Part shown: piece by piece, positions 35,118 to 41,245 of the stretch
How the letters are laid out: each line of letters starts with the position of its first letter
Position numbering within the stretch: position 1 is the first letter of the stretch
Notes under the pieces: model-generated
Told to the model about the DNA's origin: nothing
Seen by the model: only the letters and a program-made list of their open reading frames with translations
The model's database searches: none
Assembly: GCA_029938745.1 (NCBI GenBank)
Contig: JAOZUJ010000001.1
Span: 1 to 43,666, forward strand
Length of the DNA stretch: 43,666 nt
Direction of reading: 5' to 3'
Origin: Candidatus Moraniibacteriota bacterium
GTDB lineage: Bacteria > Patescibacteriota > Minisyncoccia > Moranbacterales > GCA-2747515
Position numbers and translations under genes: made by a program

Positions 35118-35714
35118 TTATTGCACAACATTCACAACCTGTGTCACAATGATCAATGCCATGATAGCAATAATCAATCCAATAATTGCATACTTGATTA
35201 TATTTTTTGCTGTATCTGCACGTGTTGAATCACCCCCTGATACCATATACATAATTCCACCCACGACAAGCATGAGAACTGATAATGCACCCACAAGTCC
35301 TGATGCCACCTTTATTGTGCTTATAATAATGTCTGACAGTGATTTTGTAGCTGTAACAGGATTGTTTACATCTGATTCAGTTATCTGAAAAATTTCTGAC
35401 AAAAATGCTGGTGCGGCGAGTGCTAATGCGAGACCAATAAGTGCAGCTGTCACTGCCTTTTTTGCAAGTTCAACACGACCACTATCTCCACCTGACGTAA
35501 TATATAAAATACCACCTACCACAATCATGAGAACTGCTAATGCTGCAACAATATTTTGTACTCCCACCAACACAGCTCCAAGAAAATCATTCACATTGCC
35601 GTAACCAATTGGATTGTCAAATGTTTGTGCATAAATATCCCCCACAAAAAACGATGCGTACAATACTATTGCAAAACTTGGTACAATTAAATATCGTAAA
35701 TATTCTTTTTTCAT
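35118..35714 (-). CDS. VirB2/TrbC-like pilin paralog, fused two-domain form
   Basis: 198 aa; signal peptide (ASFFVGDIYAQT). Two copies of the core: LAVLMIVVGGILYITSGGDSGRVELAKKAV... and LSVLMLVVGGIMYMVSGGDSTRADTAKNII... Confidence 0.75.
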   Translation of the reverse strand: MKKEYLRYLIVPSFAIVLYASFFVGDIYAQTFDNPIGYGNVNDFLGAVLVGVQNIVAALAVLMIVVGGILYITSGGDSGRVELAKKAVTAALIGLALALAAPAFLSEIFQITESDVNNPVTATKSLSDIIISTIKVASGLVGALSVLMLVVGGIMYMVSGGDSTRADTAKNIIKYAIIGLIIAIMALIIVTQVVNVVQ

Positions 35715-35744
35715 ATATGTTTTATTATTTTTTATTTTTATTAT

Positions 35745-36083
35745 TTATACAATTCCAAGTGCTTCACTAATAAAATACACGATCATATACGAAACCAATG
35801 CCACAATAAGTCCTACGATTGAATATGTTAGCATTTTTTTTGCTGTCTCTGTACGTGTTGAATCCCCGCCTGATGTGATGTACATTATGCCAGATACAAT
35901 AATCATAAGAACTGCTAACGAGGCAAGAAATGCAAGAAAAAAATTAATCATATCTCTTATAACTGTATTTATGTCTGTTTGTGTTGCAAGTCCGTGATTG
36001 TCTGTTGGCCTCTTTGCTTGTGCACTCACAAAAATAGGTACTAGAAGTATTGTTGATAAAATTGTAAAAAAAATATTTTTCAT
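35745..36083 (-). CDS. VirB2/TrbC-like pilin paralog
   Basis: 112 aa; signal peptide ending VSAQA; core LAVLMIIVSGIMYITSGGDSTRTETAKKMLTYSIVGLIVAL. Confidence 0.75.
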   Translation of the reverse strand: MKNIFFTILSTILLVPIFVSAQAKRPTDNHGLATQTDINTVIRDMINFFLAFLASLAVLMIIVSGIMYITSGGDSTRTETAKKMLTYSIVGLIVALVSYMIVYFISEALGIV

Positions 36084-36117
36084 AACTCTTATAAATAATT
36101 GATAAAAGTATTATAAC

Positions 36118-36450
36118 TTACCATGCGCCGAGCTTATCTCCAATCACCGTTACAATAACATAAGCGAGTAATGCAACAACAAGACCTGCAATTGAATATG
36201 TTAACATTTTTTTTGCTGTTTCCGCTCTTTGTGTATCGCCTCCTGATGTTATGTACATAATACCAGATATTATGATCATCAATATTGCCAATGATGCAAT
36301 GATACCTGCTACAAGGTCAATTATATCTCCGATAAGTGCATCAGCATTAATTTCATTTGCTAATCCATGCTGACCAGGCTTAGTTAATGCATTTGTAGTC
36401 ACGGGCAAGGCAATAATTGTACAAAAAATTGCATAAAAAATCTTTTTCAT
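36118..36450 (-). CDS. VirB2/TrbC-like pilin paralog
   Basis: 110 aa; signal peptide; core LAILMIIISGIMYITSGGDTQRAETAKKMLTYSIAGLVVAL. Confidence 0.75.
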   Translation of the reverse strand: MKKIFYAIFCTIIALPVTTNALTKPGQHGLANEINADALIGDIIDLVAGIIASLAILMIIISGIMYITSGGDTQRAETAKKMLTYSIAGLVVALLAYVIVTVIGDKLGAW

Positions 36451-36477
36451 AATTTTATTTTATTATTTATATTATGT

Positions 36478-36843
36478 TTAATTCCACGTACCACCAACAG
36501 TTGTGCCGATGAGTATAACAATCGCATAGGCCAGCACTGCTATAACAAAACCAATAACAGCATATACCATAATTTTTTTAGCTGTTTCTGCTCTTTGTGC
36601 ATCACCGCCTGAAGTCATATACATTATACCAGATATTACAATCATCAACACAGCTAAACTTGCAATAATCACCGCCACAAAACCAACCATTTTTTCAATG
36701 ACTGGTAGAATATAATTATCATTGGTGGCTGTCCCCCCTGGCAAGCCAGTGTCTCCGCTGCTTGGCACTGTGATTTGCGCATTGACGATTTGTGGCAACA
36801 CAACAATCACCAGTGCACCAAGTATATAAAAATATTTTTTCAT
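36478..36843 (-). CDS. VirB2/TrbC-like pilin paralog
   Basis: 121 aa; signal peptide ending VNAQ; core LAVLMIVISGIMYMTSGGDAQRAETAKKIMVYAVIGFVIAV. Confidence 0.75.
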   Translation of the reverse strand: MKKYFYILGALVIVVLPQIVNAQITVPSSGDTGLPGGTATNDNYILPVIEKMVGFVAVIIASLAVLMIVISGIMYMTSGGDAQRAETAKKIMVYAVIGFVIAVLAYAIVILIGTTVGGTWN

Positions 36844-36853
36844 ATTATTTTTT

Positions 36854-36901
36854 TATTTTTCATATATGTATTATACACCATACAAAACAAAAAAACAAAG
36901 A
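36854..36901 (-). repeat. 48-nt duplicated promoter module, copy 1
   Basis: Identical to 37333-37380. On the minus strand it carries TTGTTT (36893-36898), 17 nt, TATAAT (36870-36875). Confidence 0.6.
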
Positions 36902-36929
36902 CTGTGTACCATACACGTCTTTGTTTTTT
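36889..36929 (-). terminator. terminator after pilin gene 36951..37301
   Basis: caaagac(t)gtgta / tacacgtctttg stem (36896-36923) flanked by an A-run and a T-run. Confidence 0.65.
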
Positions 36930-36950
36930 GTTTTTATTTTTTTGTCATGC

Positions 36951-37301
36951 TTATACTCCAAGCATAGCACTTACTGTCTTTACAATTACATAACTGAGGA
37001 GTGCCACAATTAAGCCAACAATTGAATATGTAAGCCATTTTTTTGCTGTTCCAATTCGAGATTCATCGCCACCAGATGTGATGTACATAATTCCAGCAAC
37101 AACAATCATCAGTACTGACAATGATGCAAGAAATGCCAAAAACCAGTTGATAGCAGAAACAATAATATCATTTACATTTGTTGAATCTGGCAATGATCCT
37201 GGATTTGAACTCCCTGGATCATATTGTGCACCGACAATACTTGGCACTATAAGTACCATTGCTGTCATTGCATAAAATGCATTTTTTATTTTTTTTATCA
37301 T
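36951..37301 (-). CDS. VirB2/TrbC-like pilin paralog
   Basis: 116 aa; signal peptide ending VGAQ; core LSVLMIVVAGIMYITSGGDESRIGTAKKWLTYSIVGLIVAL; strong GGGAGG RBS. Confidence 0.75.
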   Translation of the reverse strand: MIKKIKNAFYAMTAMVLIVPSIVGAQYDPGSSNPGSLPDSTNVNDIIVSAINWFLAFLASLSVLMIVVAGIMYITSGGDESRIGTAKKWLTYSIVGLIVALLSYVIVKTVSAMLGV

Positions 37302-37332
37302 TTTTGAGCACCTCCCTTCTTTGTTTTTATTT

Positions 37333-37380
37333 TATTTTTCATATATGTATTATACACCATACAAAACAAAAAAACAAAGA
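37333..37380 (-). repeat. 48-nt duplicated promoter module, copy 2
   Basis: Identical to 36854-36901; TATAAT at 37349-37354 and TTGTTT at 37372-37377 on the minus strand. Confidence 0.6.
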
Positions 37381-37424
37381 TGCGGCATAATATGTATCTT
37401 TATTTTGCATACTGTTTGAGTATG

Positions 37425-37694
37425 TTAAACAAAACCAACAATCGTTTTTACAATGATGAGTGATAAAATAGCAATTGATAAACCAATAACACCTGCCCAC
37501 AATGCCTTTTTTGCTGTTTGCACACGATTTGCATCCCCACCAGATGTCATGTACATAATGCCCGCAACAACAATTACCAGCACAGCAATAACACCAACGA
37601 GCGTAACAACAAATTGTAGCACACTCATCACGAGACTACTGAGTTTTGGGGCTGTATCTAGCGGGCCTGCCTGCACAATGTTAATTAGTCGCAT
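37425..37694 (-). CDS. VirB2/TrbC-like pilin paralog lacking an N-terminal signal peptide
   Basis: 89 aa; core IAVLVIVVAGIMYMTSGGDANRVQTAKKALWAGVIGLSIAI; begins 13 nt after the upstream stop with no obvious RBS. Confidence 0.6.
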   Translation of the reverse strand: MRLINIVQAGPLDTAPKLSSLVMSVLQFVVTLVGVIAVLVIVVAGIMYMTSGGDANRVQTAKKALWAGVIGLSIAILSLIIVKTIVGFV

Positions 37695-37707
37695 AAATTA
37701 TTTATAA

Positions 37708-38148
37708 TCAATTTGTTGGACATGTAAATGTCCACATCCTGCCAAATATTGGCACATCTAATCCTCCCTCACTTACAACGCTCGTTTTGTTGAATACAGT
37801 GTTCAATAAAAATGTAATAATTAAAAATGCTGTCAACATAATTATAAGGCCAATGAGAGCATTTTTTATAGCCGATTTTGCCATTGTTGTCATTTGCTGA
37901 TTTCCTGCTGAACTAATATATATAATACCTGCAACAACAATCACTACAATCGCAGCAACTGCCATAATATTTTTGAAAAAATCAATGATATTCCACATAC
38001 CTTGTGCAAGTTCACAGATTGTACAAGCATCCACATCTGTACCTGTAACATTATTGCCGCACGGCACAATATTTGCTTGTGCATTATATAATGGAACCAT
38101 TATAAAAAGTAAAGCAAAACTCAATAAAAATATTCTCACAAATTTCAT
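37708..38148 (-). CDS. divergent Cys-containing VirB2/TrbC-like pilin paralog with C-terminal extension
   Basis: 146 aa; signal peptide ending YNAQA; CGNN...C..C in the mature N-terminus. The core is changed to VVAGIIYISSAGNQQMTTMAKSAIKNALIGL. Extra 35-aa tail ends FTCPTN. Confidence 0.65.
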   Translation of the reverse strand: MKFVRIFLLSFALLFIMVPLYNAQANIVPCGNNVTGTDVDACTICELAQGMWNIIDFFKNIMAVAAIVVIVVAGIIYISSAGNQQMTTMAKSAIKNALIGLIIMLTAFLIITFLLNTVFNKTSVVSEGGLDVPIFGRMWTFTCPTN

Positions 38149-38214
38149 AATTTATATCATTAAAAATTTATATATTACATCAAGCAACTACCTATCAATA
38201 AACTTTTTATTTTA

Positions 38215-39618
38215 TTATTTCATCAATTGTTGCGTCCTTCTTGCGCCCAGGTCAACTGCATCATGTACAGACGACTTTCCCGTGTTTACACTGTCGATCA
38301 TTTCAGCAAAGATTGCATCAACTGCAATTGCACTGTTGCGCCACCATGTCTGTGCGATCAAATTCCCTCGCGCAAATGACCCAAGTCTCACATCATCTAC
38401 TTGTTCTTGCACAAGATCTCGCCGTGCTGCTGGCTTCCCTGTTTCTTCAAGATATTTTTTGGTAAAATCAAACTTTGTTTGAAATATTAATGCTTCTTTA
38501 TTCAATCCATTCGTCAGAAGGATACCCTTTTCACTTGGAAATGTCATTGCAATTAATAATTGCCATGCTTCATGAATACGCATCTCATTTGTAATTGGTC
38601 TCGCGTCTTTTGATGATGGTTGTGTAGGTTGCTTATTTTTTGCAACTACAAAAGTCCAATAATTTGCAAAATTCGCCTGTTCTCCAATTGTATCAAAAGA
38701 AACCTGTGGCAAATCAGCAACAGCAAAATTTAATTTTGCGTTTTTTGCCTCAATTGTGTCATAGTGCCATGAATAATTAATCATCATTGCAGCATTACCT
38801 TCAAAAAACTCATCAATCGAATAATTTTGATTTTTATTCCATGTATAAACTGGCTCTACCGCTGACGCAAAATCTGTATAATATTTCAATGCTTGTTCAC
38901 CTGGTACGACTGCCTTACCGTCTTTTTGTACTGGTTCTGCAAATGTCACCCTCTTTGTTGTTGGATCTGACATTTCTGCACTATTTTGTATCATCATTGC
39001 CGTTAAAATATCAGTTGATCGATTTACATTAAATGCTGTACCAATCGCTGCTGCACTTTGATCTATATTACCAAATTCATCAATGTTCGTTAACTTCTTT
39101 ACAACTTCATCAAATTCATCCCATGTTTTTGGTGGTTGTGTGACACCAGCTGCATTAAAAATATCCTTATTATAATATAGAGCAAGCGAATCAACAGAGA
39201 GTGGGACTCCATACATTTTTCCATCCAACACAAAATCATCAGCCACAACGTCTACAAAATTATAACGAAAATCTTGTTCGCTCATCATATATTCTGGGAT
39301 TGGTTCAATTTTATCTTGAAAGTCTGGAAACCACGAATTATGAATCATAAAAATATCTGGACCAGTGCCAGATGCTAAGGCATTAAGTAAATCCTCTTTA
39401 TATGAGTCGATTGTGTATTTACGATAATTCACATTACTAACATTGTCATTAATGCTCCTGTATGCAAGTAATATTTCATTGTATGCACTAGTATTATCAA
39501 ACACGCCCCATATATCAAGTTTTGTCTCATAAGCCTGATTCTCTGTTTTCAGTCCACAACCAGACAAAAATACTATTGAGCAGATTACGAGAATACTAAC
39601 AAAATTTTTCATATACAT
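38215..39618 (-). CDS. lipoprotein, ABC-type extracellular solute-binding protein (family 1-like)
   Basis: 467 aa; lipobox FLSGCG; overall family-1 SBP-like sequence (GTGPDIFMIHNSWFPDF...); no permease or ATPase gene adjacent. Confidence 0.75.
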   Translation of the reverse strand: MYMKNFVSILVICSIVFLSGCGLKTENQAYETKLDIWGVFDNTSAYNEILLAYRSINDNVSNVNYRKYTIDSYKEDLLNALASGTGPDIFMIHNSWFPDFQDKIEPIPEYMMSEQDFRYNFVDVVADDFVLDGKMYGVPLSVDSLALYYNKDIFNAAGVTQPPKTWDEFDEVVKKLTNIDEFGNIDQSAAAIGTAFNVNRSTDILTAMMIQNSAEMSDPTTKRVTFAEPVQKDGKAVVPGEQALKYYTDFASAVEPVYTWNKNQNYSIDEFFEGNAAMMINYSWHYDTIEAKNAKLNFAVADLPQVSFDTIGEQANFANYWTFVVAKNKQPTQPSSKDARPITNEMRIHEAWQLLIAMTFPSEKGILLTNGLNKEALIFQTKFDFTKKYLEETGKPAARRDLVQEQVDDVRLGSFARGNLIAQTWWRNSAIAVDAIFAEMIDSVNTGKSSVHDAVDLGARRTQQLMK

Positions 39619-39630
39619 ATTTTCATTAAA

Positions 39631-40203
39631 TTATTTTGTAAAAATAAAAGCATAATGATACTCCCCAGCATCAATTTCTTGTGCTCCCATAAAACCACCC
39701 TTTGTTGCAAATTCTTGCACACTTTCTTTATCTAATCTCTCACTTGTTCCAAATCCTGCAATCACTTCTTTATCCCATCCAACCACAAGTAATTTGCCAT
39801 TACCAGTTAAAACACGACATGCCTCGCTAAAGAGGACTTCTTTATCATTATTTTGTAAAAGGATCTTACGCATAATTACATGCTCCATAGCACCATCATC
39901 CAAACCGGACCCGCCTATTTTTTCAAGATTTACCCGACGCGTCACAATATTATTTAAGCCACCTGTTTGTGCTCTGCTATTTACCGCCTCAAGTGCCGAC
40001 TCCAACACATCAAAACAGTACACAGTTCCCTCCGTCATACGCGCAATCGGAATTGAAAAAATACCAGGTCCACACCCAAAATCAGCAACATCATCATCTT
40101 TTTTAATGTCACAAACTGTAAGTAATTTTTCTGGTTCTAAAATTGCCTCATTTTCATCCATATTTTTATTTTTGTGTTTTAATACTTTATTATTATACCA
40201 CAA
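39631..40203 (-). CDS. class I SAM-dependent methyltransferase
   Basis: Motif I VADFGCGPGIFS; the true start may be the internal MDENEA. Confidence 0.8.
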   Translation of the reverse strand: MWYNNKVLKHKNKNMDENEAILEPEKLLTVCDIKKDDDVADFGCGPGIFSIPIARMTEGTVYCFDVLESALEAVNSRAQTGGLNNIVTRRVNLEKIGGSGLDDGAMEHVIMRKILLQNNDKEVLFSEACRVLTGNGKLLVVGWDKEVIAGFGTSERLDKESVQEFATKGGFMGAQEIDAGEYHYAFIFTK

Positions 40204-40245
40204 GACAACAAAATAATGCTAATAATGTAATTTTGTTATACTATT

Positions 40246-40773
40246 TTATTGATTAATTTCTGCACTATTTTCATTAAACCACAGTGACCACTCAGCAATG
40301 AGCTGTTGTCCATCAATTTGCTTTTGCGTACCCCCTACAATATAACCTGTGCTATTATCAGCATCACCTATCTCAATCATCTCACGTCCACTCGCATATA
40401 TTTCGAAACCCTTGACTAATTTATTTTTAAACATATTTTGTATTTCGGGATGTATATAATTCAAATATTCATCACTAACACGCTTTCCTAATGCAACACC
40501 CTCTTCACTACTTGCAAAAAATTCCTCATTTATTTCTTTTTTTAATTCTGGTTCTAAATCTTCGTAATCAGTTAACTCCATAGCTTTATATAATAAAAGT
40601 ATAGATCGATTAAGATTCTCATTGTCAGTCTTGTATTGCGCAGGAACATCAGTAGATTGTATAAAAATTTTATTACCACCTTGATACTGCTCAGGAGCCT
40701 CTGTTTTCTTCACATATCCAAAAATTGCAATACCTGCAATTAACAAAAATCCAATAACAACAAAAAGTTTCAT
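40246..40773 (-). CDS. hypothetical membrane-anchored/secreted protein
   Basis: 175 aa; N-terminal hydrophobic helix FVVIGFLLIAGIAIFGY then an acidic soluble domain. Confidence 0.5.
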   Translation of the reverse strand: MKLFVVIGFLLIAGIAIFGYVKKTEAPEQYQGGNKIFIQSTDVPAQYKTDNENLNRSILLLYKAMELTDYEDLEPELKKEINEEFFASSEEGVALGKRVSDEYLNYIHPEIQNMFKNKLVKGFEIYASGREMIEIGDADNSTGYIVGGTQKQIDGQQLIAEWSLWFNENSAEINQ

Positions 40774-40910
40774 ACTTTATATTTTATTATTTATATATTT
40801 ATACTATCACAAAAAATATCTCTGTGGAATACAAAAAATCACGTGATTAATTATGCGATTTTTTGTCAGTGATATTGAGCTTCGCTTTTGACTGTGTAAA
40901 TTTCACATCT

Positions 40911-40974
40911 CTCCTTCGCAAGCTATAGCGGACTGCGTCCGCCATAGCTCGCTTCGGCGAGCGACGGCGGGGAG
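40911..40974. repeat. GC-rich double-hairpin element in a 470-nt non-coding gap
   Basis: gctatagcgga-ctgcg-tccgccatagc (40922-40948) and (g)ctcgc-ttcg-gcgag(c) with a C(UUCG)G tetraloop (about 40948-40962), bracketed by ctcc/ggag. Confidence 0.6.
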
Positions 40975-41245
40975 GTTGGGACGATGTTAGAACTTTTTTA
41001 CTATAACTTCCGTTTAGCTACAAAGTTCACTTAATTTTTCTCTTCACAGACTTTATAGTGTCAATAATAATTTAAATATTAATTCTTTTTCGTTCACATT
41101 ATCTACTCGGTGTTCTTGTAACTCGCTCATCAACTTCAATTAAAGCTTGCTGCGCATCTTACGGAAAAAACAGATTGTACTAAACACACAAACAAATCAT
41201 ATTATGCTTACCCCTCCAATGCGCGAGTAAGCGTTGCTTCTTAAA

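Noticed and set aside
35118-38148. The small hydrophobic genes as holins, bacteriocin immunity proteins or type IV (PilA-like) pilins
   Set aside because: There is no class III (G/FxxxE) prepilin leader, and no lysin or bacteriocin partner. The signal peptide plus two-helix hairpin with a short basic loop fits VirB2/TrbC-type pilins better.
41180-41200. 6-codon mini-ORF (MICLCV) with a GGAGGGG box about 10 nt upstream, 45 nt downstream of the ATPase stop
   Set aside because: It is too short to support from sequence alone and there is no downstream gene for it to regulate within about 400 nt. It is kept only as a note for anyone analysing the 470-nt gap.
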